Shown here in pieces: positions 1 through 11,400 of a DNA stretch of 64,000 nt. Below the pieces are notes generated by a model that saw only the letters and a program-made list of their open reading frames with translations, did no database searches and was not told where the DNA came from. The translations under genes and the position numbers were made by a program. Each line of letters opens with the position of its first letter. Position 1 is the first letter of the stretch. Source of the stretch: Malacoraja senta (lineage: Eukaryota); NCBI GenBank assembly GCA_038087875.1, contig JAXLNO010005352.1, forward strand, positions 62,001 to 126,000. Reading direction: 5' to 3'.

Positions 1-96
1 AACTTCCTCAGATTTATTATTTTAAACTGTTGTAAGTGTTAATATAGTCAGGATTTTACATATATTTTGCCTTCTACCTTTATACATATACATGAT

Positions 97-98
<2 letters not shown>

Positions 99-131
<33 letters not shown>

Positions 132-399
132 CAGTCCGTGTACAAGATGGCGGTCGGAGGGGAGAGTGGACGCTGGCGCGAATTGGTCGCCGCTGCTCTC
201 TCCTCAAATTGTGTTTCTTATTTTCTTTTGGTGCTTTTGAAATTGAATTCTGTCCTTGATTTGTGTACTGTGGTGTTTTTTTATTTAATTTATTCCGATT
301 ATGTGTTTTTTGTTTTGTTGTGATTCTATGCATTGTAAGGTGTCCTTGGGTTTTAGAAAGGCGCCAGTAAATAAAATGATTATTATTATTATTATTATT
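99..399 (+). mobile_element. Short retroposon with an L2-like 3' end, (ATT)n tail and (CCTGTG)n head
   Basis: TSD ATGATCC at 92-98 and 400-406; tail tgtaaggtgtccttgg...gaaaggcgccagtaaataaa(att)n. Confidence 0.6.
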
Positions 400-1079
400 A
401 TGATCCAATCATTATTTCCCTCTCTATAACATATTTTAAATGTACTAAAAATTGAAGCTTACACAAATGAAACAACACAGCCGTGCAAGCATGCTGCTTA
501 ATCAATTACAACGCAGAAGAAATAATCATCTGAATGAAGTCACAACTAGACTCTTAAAGCACTTTATCTTGATCGTATCAATATGCTATCCAAATACCAT
601 GATGTTTCTACATTATTTTTCACGCACAAGTTTCTCCAAATCCAGCCCTCGATATTCAGATTGTTTTATTACTAGGTCCGACAGATCTGCTGTAGATGGG
701 AAAGCAGTGATCAGTGTCACAGAGCCTAGTTGCATGAAATTATTCAAGATTAGTGGCACGTGTTATCACTGTGTAACTGATCGGGGAATGTACAGCACTG
801 AAACAGGACATTAAATCTGCAGCATTGAAATAGGCCAAATGACCCAACTGGTCCATGCCAATATTTCCAAATCTCCACCTTCAAATTCCTGTGTTATACA
901 AATCAAAAATGACTAAAATGTTCAAACATACATCAAAGCTGCAGGAATCAGTCTTCTGGCTATAAAATGTAATGATAGGTAATCAGACAACCTTACCCAT
1001 TGTTTCCAAAGCTCAAGTATTTTTCATAATCTTTGATTAATTTGCTTGTGGAATGCAATAGTTTGACTGTAATATTACA

Positions 1080-1445
1080 AGAATTTCCCTTTAATCCCCC
1101 ATCTTTCCCCTGTTCCCTTCCACCTTTATCCTCTCTCTACTTTACATTTCACTCCTCTTCCTCCCATATGTGGCACCTTTCTCTCCATTTCTCCTCTAAC
1201 ATTTGTCACTATCTCCACCTATCTGCCCATCAACCCTCCTTGCCTGTGTCCACCTGTCACTTGCCAAACTTGCCCCACAGCTCAACTCTCTCCTACCAAA
1301 TATCTCCCCTCTACTCCATTAGTCCGAAGAAGGGTACTGACCCAAAGTGTCATCTGTCATTTCCCTCTACATATGCTGCCTGCCTCGCTGCGTTCCTCCA
1401 GCCTTTTGTTTTTTGCTCAAGGTTCCAGCATCTACAGATCCTAGT
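1080..1445 (+). mobile_element. Degenerate Penelope-like terminal fragment
   Basis: Pyrimidine-rich tract, decayed ccgaagaaggg...ccc motif and ccagcatctacag terminus, as in the other copies. Confidence 0.55.
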
Positions 1446-1802
1446 TTCACCAATTTCCTTTTCCAGTCCTTGAGGCGGCTGCAAAAACAACTTAGGTGGT
1501 GGAAGGGGGTGGAAGGGGGTCTGTGGATGTTCCTACCCCAGTTCCTTTGGGAAAGTACTCCTTTTTTGTTCCGTGCCCTGTTTTTGGTTCAAATTACATC
1601 GTGTGTACACACCAGCTGTGGGACTGTATTCATGAATATGTCTATTATTTTGTGACACAGCTCTGCTTAATATTGCTCCATTCAGGTGATAGAAATCAAG
1701 ACATTTTGTGTTGTATTTTACCATTGCTATCAACAAATTGGAAGGCCTTGATGGAAGCTGCCTCCATTTTCCTTCTGCAGTCTTCATATGTCATATGTCA
1801 AA

Positions 1803-2045
1803 GATAGACAGAAAAAGCTGGATTAACTTAGTGGGTCATGCAGCATCTCTGGAGAAAAGGAATAGGTCGGATTGAGATCTTTCTCCAGACTGAGAGTCAT
1901 GGGAAAGGGAAACAAGAGAGATAGACGGTGATATTGAGAGATATAGAACAAAATATATGCAAAAATGTAACAATGATAAAGGAAACAGGCCATTATTAGT
2001 TGTGGGCTAGGTGAAAACGAGTTACAGACAATGAAAGTCACCAGG
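1803..2045 (-). mobile_element. Penelope-like terminal fragment
   Basis: Reverse complement resembles 5590-5835. Confidence 0.65.
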
Positions 2046-2129
2046 ATGACCACATCATCTCCATGCTGCAACTTGGCAGCCATTGGCCCGCCGTCACTGC
2101 AGCACCATCAGACAATTCCCTGTGAAAAC

Positions 2130-2672
2130 ACATAAGGTAATAAGTGATAGGATAGAATTAGGCCATTCGGCCCATCAAGTCTACCGTCATTCAATCATGG
2201 CTGATCTATCTCTCCCTCCTCTCCTGCCTTCATCCCATAACCCCTGACACCCGCACTAATCAAGAATCTATCCAAGATGGGCTTTATAATAAATGTTGTT
2301 TGCAAGGTAGAAACATAGTAATTAGATTTCCCACCTTAAGGACATTAGTGAAACAATTGTTTTTCCTATTATCTGGCCATTTCTGCCTTAAAAATATCCA
2401 TTAACGGCCTCCACAGCCTTATGCTGCAAAGAATTCCGCCGATACACCATCCACTGACGAAAGACATTCCTCCTCATCTTCTTCCTAAAGGAACATCCTT
2501 TAATTCTGAGGCCATGACCTCCAGTCCTAGACTCTCACACTAGTGGAAAATCCTCTCCACTTCCACTCTATCCAGGCTTTTCACTATTCGGTAAGTTTCA
2601 ATGAGGTCCCCCCTTATTCTTCTAAACTCCAGCGAGTACAGGCCCAGTGCCGTCAAATGCTCATTATATGCT
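2130..2672 (-). mobile_element. Interrupted CR1 3' fragment
   Basis: Antisense CR1 3' UTR/ORF2 end (ggccattcggcccatc..., cctttaattctgaggc...ctagtggaaaa), split by about 100 bp of other sequence. Confidence 0.7.
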
Positions 2673-3519
2673 ATCATAGCACATCTGAAAGTGGTCCTTC
2701 ATTTCATAGATGCGAACTGGTCACCATGTTTTATAACTTAAACTTTCAAAAAAAGACTTTCATTTCTATGGCACTGAACAATATCTCAACACCACAAAAT
2801 TCTTTGTGATGACCTCCTTTGGATTACTACAGAGCAAAATCTTTTGTGTGTAATGAAGCATTGAACAGTAATTAATGTTGATGCATGAATCATCTGGTTG
2901 GTTGAATGTTTAACTATTCTGCAGATGGATAAGAACTTCGTAAAACAGGGGCACCATTAGGCATTCCAGAGGATCATAGGTTCAACACTAGTTATCAGGG
3001 TTAGTAAGCTGATACAAGACTGAGTCCTAGTGAACTGATAACAGGGATATTCAAAGCATCATCATCAATGCCATTGATACACAGAAAGGAAGCATTGCTT
3101 TTAAGAGATTAGCAGCCTGATTGTCTCCTGTGATCTTTCACAGAGGTCATAATTGAGGTGAAGTGAAAGGCCACTGAAGAGGAGTTATATTTAACACAGA
3201 AAATAAACCTACAGCTGGCTTCAAAACCGCTCTAGCACAGGTCACCTCTAGTGCTGTTGCCAGGTCAGCTGCATCACTTTCATCACTGGGACTTATTGGG
3301 GAGCTCAGGCATGGAGCAATTTAAAGAGGCTGGTGGTGGGATGATAACTGATAAATGCACTGGCATCCCTGCTTATCTGGAGAGAAAACGCACAGCAAAG
3401 GCAGATGTCAGTATCCAAATAAACCTCCTTTTGTGCATTACCCGTGTGAGGTGCCATACTGCTTTGAAGTTCACAGCTTTGAGTATTTGTGTGGTTGTGA
3501 CAACAAGTTGAATTCTGTT

Positions 3520-3722
3520 TCATTCAGTTTCGTTTAGAGATACAAGGCAATTGACCGACAAATCTGCACGTCTTTAGAATGTGGGAACGAAACCAGAGCA
3601 CCATGAGAAAACCCACACGGTCACAGGGAGAACGTGCAAACTCCGCACAGACAGCACCCGTACTCAGGATTGAACACAGGTCTCTGGTGCTGTAAGCTGG
3701 CAACTCTAGCGCTGTGCCACCC
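3520..3722 (-). mobile_element. tRNA-derived V-domain SINE (HE1-like), partial
   Basis: Antisense tRNA A/B-box head and V-core (ggagtttgcacgttctccc...ttcccacattctaaagac). Confidence 0.8.
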
Positions 3723-4747
3723 TGTAAGTGACAGGACTGTGTTCTGTCACTTACACAACTCTACCGCTGTGCCACCCTGTAAGTGACAGGACTGTGGGAT
3801 ATAATGAAAATAAAGTTTGATTTTAATATGACTGTCTTTGTAACTAACAGTTCTTGATTCATGTGTAGAAAGGAACTGCTGATGCTGGTTTACACCGAAG
3901 AGAGAGGCAAAATGCCAGAGTAACTCAACGGGTCAGACAGCATCTCTTGAGAAAAGGAATAGGGTGACGTTTTGGGTCGAGACCCTAGGATTCATGCCAC
4001 TCTGCCAACCAGTTCCTTTGGAGCGGTAGGTTGCTCTGTCTACTTGTCCCCAGTTATGGCACAGGGAAGTATCTGCTCCATCAGCATCTGGGAGGGGTTT
4101 TTCCTCACTTGCTTCATGGTATTCAGATTACCATCATTTGCATAATGGTTGCTTACTCTTGCACCCTCTACATGCACAGTTACATAAATTACAATGCAGA
4201 ATCTTCACATTTAGTGTCAGAGTAAATCAGCACGTGTTCTACAAATTGCAAAGACCAAAAGCCGCCGGTGGGATTAAGGTTGGCAATGAGGCAAAAACTT
4301 AAGTTGGCCGCAGTTCCTGGTTGTCCATGACACATTGAAACTATTCTCCCACTTGGGTGGGTTGGCTGGAGTAAAGCATGTCCCATATCAAGAGGAAGTT
4401 ACTGTGGCTGCATTTTCCCCTCACCCCCTCCCCCAGTCTGCAATCAATGGGAGAAATTTCCATCCTCTATTGTGTGTCTCGTCCCACACTATCATCACAC
4501 AGCAAGCAGGCCTCAGACTGTCTGAGCGCAGAGGTCAGCCTGACCAGCAGGGTCAAAAGCCTGGTCAAAACTACAGCTGTACAATCAGATTTGCTCCAAA
4601 TTTTCAGCTGCTTACAATCAAAATCCCCCCTTGGTAAATTGTAGAAATTAACTTGTGATGTGATCTGAGGGTAAAACTTTCCAACTCTTGTTGGTAACTT
4701 TAAAAAGCTCCAAATCACCGTTCTCCTTTCACTGTCATTTGTGGACA

Positions 4748-4750
<3 letters not shown>

Positions 4751-4788
<38 letters not shown>
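4751..4788. repeat. (GT)n microsatellite
   Basis: Visible directly. Confidence 0.98.
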
Positions 4789-4791
<3 letters not shown>

Positions 4792-5399
4792 CATTGCGGT
4801 AATGTGACACCATCTCAGGGGGAAGACAGGGCTAACAAAACAGTACCCAGGTCTGCTCCACCAAATGACTGGGGCTACAGTCAGTGTAAAGCCCGCGTCT
4901 TATCTGCATATTCCTTGTTCAAAGAGTCATGAGGAAGTAAAAACAGAAAAACAACACTTATCAGAGCCCAGGACAGAAATATTCACAGCTCCTAACCTGG
5001 GTTGCTATATGTCACAGGAACTATTTAAATTATTTATTACTCAATTTGAAGTTTTTATAAGTTAGCAACAAGACTTGGAAATTTTCACAATATTACAGAC
5101 AAGACCAGATCTTTGAAAAATGTTCAACATAAATCTTGGATCAATATTTAGTTCTGGGACTCGCTAAGTAAGGCTGGAATTGTTTGCTAAAATTATTTCT
5201 GTTCTATTAATCTCCTTACATTGATTCAGGCCGTTCTCTGATGGAGGCCTGCCTTGATATGTATCCTAAAACCTATAGTACTTACAGATCTCTGAAAGCT
5301 TAGTACCATAGTTATTTTAACATTTAAAGCACTGGTTTTCTTAACATGAAGAAATTAAATTAAATTAAATGTCAATCCTTCCATTGTCATATTCTTCTT

Positions 5400-5836
5400 G
5401 TGTCTCTAACCACCCCAGAGTTATCCGGGATCTCCCCATTCCTCCAGTTCTGGTCTCCAGTGGTCATGGTGAACTTCACAGCAAATTGAAGGAACAGGAT
5501 CTCACATTTCGCTTGGGCAGCTTACAGACCAGTGGTATGAATATTGATTTATCTAACTTCAGGTAGCCTTGGCATTCCCTCTCCATCCCACCCAAGTTAC
5601 ACTAGCCTCTCATTTTCTCCCAATAAACATCTACCAATGGCCTGTTTCCTTTATCATCGTTACTTTTTTGCATATCTTTCATTCATTGTTCTTTATCTCT
5701 CTACATCATTGTTGAAATCTCGTTTCCCTTATTCCCCAAACCAGTCTGAAGAAGGGCCTCGACCCGAAACATCACCCATTCCTGTCCAGAGATGCTGCCT
5801 ATCCCGCTGAGTTACTCCAACATTTTGTGTCTATCT
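5400..5836 (+). mobile_element. Penelope-like 3' fragment with hammerhead motif (5746-5773)
   Basis: Encodes the PLE C-terminus-like KLKEQDLTFRLGSLQTSGMNIDLSNFR*, followed by CTGAAGA-AGGG..CCC-GAAA-CATC. Confidence 0.75.
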
Positions 5837-6619
5837 ATCTTCGTGTTACAAAACAACATGTGCTGCAAGAAAGGTAGCATGGAGCTGTTGAACACCTCAT
5901 GTATAGTGTAGGTTCAGTGGGATTTAGCATGCTGTGTAAGCTTACAATGATTTCACATTCTTGGTGATCTGGTGGAAATGGTAGAAAGTTGGGATTTGGT
6001 AATGGTGGAGATGTCCAGGCAGTTATCCCTTCTTTGATACGAGACATCCTTCATTCCAGCCAACCCACACCCAGTTTCTTATTGTACAGATGTGTGAAAT
6101 CTCTTACCTTTAGCTCTCAGGACCGTTTCTTCTGAGAATAGATGTGATCCAGGGTGGAAAATGAGAACCCTGAGCAATTCACATTCATCTTATTCGAGAT
6201 ACCACTATGCATTCATGTTAAAGTTATTGTCCACATAGCAGAGTGGCTCTAATAGTACTTGTCATGGAACCAAAACCCGCTGAGTACAACAACAGCAGCA
6301 GCAACATGCTGTCTTTTGTTTTGTAGGAGTCATGCGCATCATAATATTTTAAGAAACTTTACACACGTTAAGTCTGGGCTTGCCTGTAATTGCTCTCTGC
6401 CTAGACTTTAGAGGCTTTACTAAAAGAGCACAGACCCGATATGTTATGATACATGGTCAGCAGCATTTTAAAAAGTTATTCCACCCTTGTTAAATCAAAT
6501 TAAATTTCTTACCAGAAAACCTCTGCTCACTCCCACACCTTGTTTTGGTTTATTGCTATTGTCATGTGCATCAAAATACAGTGACAAAACGTTGTTTTGT
6601 GGACCACCCAGGCAAAAAA

Positions 6620-7012
6620 GGATTAGAGAAGGGCAATAGATGTAATCAATATGAACTTTGGCAAGGCCTTTCACAAGCTCTCCCATGGTAGGCCGGATAG
6701 AAGGTTAGATCACATGGAATCCATGATGAGCCAGCCAGTTGGATTCAAAATTGAAGAGGTCAAAAGAATAATTGTGGAGAGTTGTTTTTTCGATTGGAGA
6801 CCTGAGCCCAGTGGAGTTTCGAAGGGGCTGGTGCTGGGTCCACTGTCGTTTGTCATCTACATCATCAATTCAGTTGGCAGTGCAGTGAAAAATGTTAGTA
6901 AATTGACAGATTACATCAAAATTAGTGGTACAGTGGACAGTGAGGAAGGATATCAATGTTTACAACAGGAGATCAGTTGGGAAGGAAGGAATGACAAATG
7001 GAATTTAATTCT
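6620..7012 (+). mobile_element. Old CR1 RT fragment
   Basis: Degenerate MNFGKAFHKLSHG, SGVSKGLVLGPLSFVIYI. Confidence 0.8.
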
Positions 7013-7892
7013 GAATACACGGCCACCAGGGGCAGTGTGATTACATTTGGAGGCATCAAGGGAGCATGATTGGAGGAATACAGAGACCTCAGATGTCACC
7101 AGGCTGAGCCAGTTTACAGAGAGGAGAAGTTAAGATCAAGGAGGGATTTGTCCAAATCCAAATGTCTTCAAATGTCTTCACAGAAAGTGTGGATGAGAAT
7201 CTTATTATTGTCAATTTGCTTAACCAAGACCAAGCAGGGCTCCAAGTTCAGGGATAGTGGGCAGATGGGACATAATGTAAATTCTGTCTTGGGTAGTAAA
7301 ATTATGAATGACTTGAACTTTACAAAGGTTAGAATCAGAGCATTCAACCAGGAATACATTGTCTAGAGGTAACAAGATGGAGATGAGTATTTTAGCAACA
7401 GCTGAGTTAAGTCAAATAATATCTCAGATGGCACAGATAGTGGTCAAAAAATCGTATAGACATAGACCCAAGCAGCATGTAAACAGGCCCTTGGGCCCAT
7501 TGAGTACACACCAACCACCTGTCTACACGAATCCTACAATGATCTAATTTTTCAACTCCTCCAGATTCCCATCAACTCCACCCAGAAGCCACCACTCACC
7601 TACAAACTCAGGGCAATTCAGTGTCCATTTAACCTACCAACCCGCATGTCTTTGGAATATGCGAGGAAACTGAAGTACCTGGGGAAAACCTACATTTTCT
7701 TGGTTCTTGGTCCTCTAAAAGATCCCAAATGGAATTGAAACTGGAGGTGGCGGAGGGTGGACTTAAGCGACACACACTCGCTGACTCACACGCACACTCA
7801 CTGACTCTCACTCACTGACTCTCTCACCTCCTTCCCTCCCATACTCCCACACAGGCCGCGCTAGGCCGCCTGCCGGTTGTTCACCCATTAAT

Positions 7893-8190
7893 GAGGCACA
7901 GCTGGTAGAACTGTTGCCCCACAGCACCGGAGACCTGGGTTCTATCCTGACCTCAAGTGCTAACTGTGTGGAGTTTGCATGTTCTCCCTGTGATTTCCTA
8001 TGGGTGCTCTGGTTTCCTCCCACGCACCAAAGACATGCGGGTTTGTTGGTTAATTGGCCTCTGTATATTGTCCCTAGTATGTAGGGAGTGGCTGAGAAAG
8101 TCTGCATAGAATTAGTGTGAATGAGTGATCAATGGTCAGCGTGGACTCAGTGGATCGTGGGGCCTGTTTCCATGCTGTATCTAAACTAAA
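7893..8190 (+). mobile_element. tRNA/V-SINE
   Basis: A/B-box head, V-core gtgtggagtttgcatgttctccc, (ctaaa)n tail. Confidence 0.85.
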
Positions 8191-8362
8191 CATGCAAACT
8201 CTGCATGGATAGCACCCAAGATCAGGAGTGATCCTGGTTCACTTGCAAGCTGCACCACTGTCCCGCCCTTGATGCAATATGACAAAAAGGCAGCAAAGAT
8301 CTGGTTTACTTTCAGACAAGGAATTGCAAAGGCAAGTGAAATTGCAAAGGCAAGAAGACACT

Positions 8363-8499
8363 TCTTCTTCTTTCGTGTGGCGTGCACAGCCTAAAGTTGT
8401 TAGACAACTTGTTCTAGTTGATCTTCTGTTTGTGCACGTCGAGTTGATTGCATTAGTCGAAACACGGCGGACCACGTGAAGGTTGCAATCTTCCACCCC
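8363..8499 (-). mobile_element. 137-bp non-autonomous retroelement with a 5' HDV-like ribozyme and an (AAG)n tail
   Basis: Flanked by an 11-bp near-perfect TSD, aagaagacact (8352-8362) / aagatgacact (8500-8510). Interrupts the CR1 endonuclease frame NCKGKKT|LIGVIYRPP. Ends ...GCCACACGAAAGAAGAAGA. Confidence 0.85.
8446..8499 (-). ncRNA. Minimal HDV-like (CPEB3-type) ribozyme fold
   Basis: GGGGUGG(P1) AA GAUUGCA(P2) ACC(P3) UUCACGU(L3) GGU(P3') CCGCCGU(P1') GUUUCGA CUAA(J4/2) UGCAAUC(P2'). Confidence 0.8.
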
Positions 8500-11400
8500 A
8501 AGATGACACTAATTGGTGTTATCTACAGACCCCCAAATAGTAGCCCGGATGTAGAGTGTAAGTTGCAGCAGGAGTTACAACTGGCATGTAACAAAGGTAA
8601 TGCCACTGTGGTGATGGGGGATTTCAATATGCAGGTAGACTGGGAAAATCAGGTTGGTTCAGGACCCCAAGAAAGAGAGTTTGTAGAATGCCTCCGAGAT
8701 GGATTCTTAGAGCAGCTTGTAATGGAGCCGACCAGAGAAAAGGCAATTCTGGATTTAGTGTTGTCCAATGAACCAAATTTGATAAGAGAACTCGAGGTAA
8801 AGGAACCGCTTGGAGGTAGTGATCATAATATGATTAGTTTTAATCTGCAATGTGAGAAGGAGAAGGTTAAATCGGAAGTGTCAGTGATGCAGTTGAACAA
8901 AGGGGATTATGAAGGCATGAGAGAGGAGCTGGCCAAGGTAGACTGGAAAGGGATACTAGCAGGAATGACGGTGGAACAGCAATGGCAGGAATTTCTGGGC
9001 ATAATCCGGAAGACGCAGGATCATTTCATTCCAAAAAGGAAGAAAGATTCTAAGGGGAGTAGGAGGCAACCGTGGATGACAAGGGAAGTTAGGGATAAAA
9101 ATAAAACGAAAAGAAAAGATGTATAACACAGCAAAGAGTAGCCGGAAGCCAGAGGATTGGGAAACTTTCATAGGACAACAGAAGGAAACAAAACGAGCAA
9201 TACGGGCTGAAAAGATGAAGTACGAGGGGAAGCTGACCAGGAATGTAGATATGCTAGAAGGACAGTAAAAGCTTCTTTAGATATGTTAAGGGAAAAAGAA
9301 TAGCAAAGTCAAATGTGGGTCCCTTGAAGGCAGACACGGGTGAAATTATTATGGGGAACAAGGAAATGGCAGAAGAGTTGAACAGGTACTTCGGATCTGT
9401 CTTCACTAAGGAAGACACAAACAATCTCCCAGAAGTACTGGAGGACAGAGGATCTAAGGGGTTCAAGGAACTGAAAGAAATTTTCATTAGGCGAGAAATA
9501 GTATTGGGTAGGCTAATGGGACTGAAGGATGATAAATCCCCTGGGCCTGATGGACTGCATTCCAGGGTCCTCAGGGAGGTGGCTCTAGATATAGTGGACG
9601 CATTGGTGATCATTTTCCAATGTTCAATAGATTCAGGATCAGTTCCTGTGGATTGGAGGATAGCTAATGTTATCACACTTTTCAAGAAAGGAGCGAGAGA
9701 GAAAACGGGGAACTACAGACCAGTTAGCCTGACTTTGGTGGTGGGAAAGATGCTGGAGTCAATTTATTAAAGAGGTAATAATGGGTCTTTTGTATAGCAG
9801 TAAAAGGATTTGTCCAAGTCAGCATGGATTTATGAAAGGAAAATTATGCTTGACTAATCTTCTGGAATTTTTTGAGGATGTGACAAGTAAAATGGATGAA
9901 GGGGAGCCAGTGGATGTAGTGTATCTAGACTTTCAGAAAGCCTTTGATAAGGTCCCGCACGGGAGACTGGTGACTAAAATTAGAGCACATGGTATTGGGG
10001 GTAGGGTGTTGATGTGGATAGAAAATTGGTTGACAGACAGGAAGCAAAGAGTAGGAGTGAACGGGTCCTTTAATGAATGGCAGGCAGTGGCGGGTGGAGT
10101 GCCGCAAGGATCGGTGTTGGGGCCGCAACTGTTTACCATATATATTAATGATTTGGAAGAGAGGATTAGGAGCAACACTAGCGAGTTTGCAGATGACACA
10201 AAGCTGGGTGGCAGTGTGAACTGTGAGAGGATGTTAGGAGGTTGCAGGGTGACCTGGACAGGTTGAGTGAGTGGGCAGATGCGTGGCAGATGCAGTATAA
10301 CATAGCTAAATGTGAGGTTATCCACTTTGGTGGCAAAAACAAGGGGGCAGATTATTATCTCAATGGGGTTAGGTTAGGTAAGGGGGAGGTACCGTGAGAC
10401 CTGGGTGTCCTTGTACACCGGTCACTGAAAGTTGGCGTGCAGGTACAGCTGGTAGTGAAGAAAGCTAATGGAATGTTGGCTTTCATAACAAGAGGATTTC
10501 AGTTTAGGAGTAGAGAGGTTCTTCTGCAATCGTATAGGGCTCTAGTAAGACCACATCTGGAATATTGCGTACAGTTTTGGTCTCCTAATTTGAGGAAGGA
10601 CATCCTTGTGATTGAGGCAGTGCAGCATAGGTTCACAAGATTGATCCCTGGGATGACGGGACTGTCATATGAGGAAAGATTGAAAAGACTAGACTTGTAT
10701 TCACTGGAGTTTAGAAGGATGAGGGGCTATCTTATAGAACATATAAATTTATAAAAGGACTGGACATAGAAAACATAGAAAATAGGTGCAGGAGTAGGCC
10801 ATTCGGCCCTTCGAGCCTGCACCGCGAGCCTGCACCTGGACAAGCTAGATGCAGGAAAAATGTTCCCAATGTTGGGCGAGTCCAGAACCAGGAGCCACAG
10901 TCTTAGAATAAAGGGGAGGTCATTTAAGACTGAGGTGAGAAAAAACGTTTTCACCCAGAGAGTTGTGAATTTGTGGAATTCCCTGCCACAGAGGGCAGTG
11001 GAGGCCAAATCACTGGATGGATTTAAGAGAGAGTTAGATAGAGCTCTAGGGGCTAGAGAAATCAAGGGATATGGGGAGAAGGCAGGCACGGGTTATTGAT
11101 TGGGGACGATGGTGGCGCTGGCTCGAAGGGCCGAATGGCCTCCTCCTGCACCTATTTTTTATGTTCTATGTTTCTATGTAAACATCATGGAGCAAGGAGG
11201 AGACAGTGGCAAGGGAATGGGAAAAGTATCAGAGAACAAGGCTAATGGCTTCAATCTTCCCAGCGTTTAGTGACAGTAAATTACGGAGTATTTCCTGATA
11301 GTCTAGAGGTGGAGGGGGCTCAGTAGAAATGGTGAGTTAGCAGATACATAAAGAAACTGATGACGGTGTTGTTTCAGGTGGTGCTGCTGAGGGATGGGTC

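Larger units (their letters stand above)
8320..11179 (+). mobile_element. 5'-truncated CR1-clade LINE (ORF2: partial APE endonuclease plus RT, frameshifted)
   Basis: ORF pieces carry GVIYRPP, MGDFN, LDLVLSN, SDHN, KSPGPDG, NYRPVSLT, QHGF, YLDFQKAFDKV, GVPQGSVLGP, FADDTKL, LVRPHLEYCVQFWSP and FTQRVVNLWNSLP. 3' tail is (ttctatgt)-like. Confidence 0.95.

Noticed and set aside
6100-6260. Strong donor AAG|GTAAGA on minus near 6108 as an exon of a downstream gene (PYGO1 neighbours PRTG in mammals)
   Set aside because: No recognisable reading frame or partner exon in the window; it cannot be supported without transcript data.
8476-11099. ORFs of 216, 151, 161 and 105 aa as host genes
   Set aside because: They are frameshifted pieces of CR1 ORF2; the first 'start' is supplied by the inserted ribozyme element.
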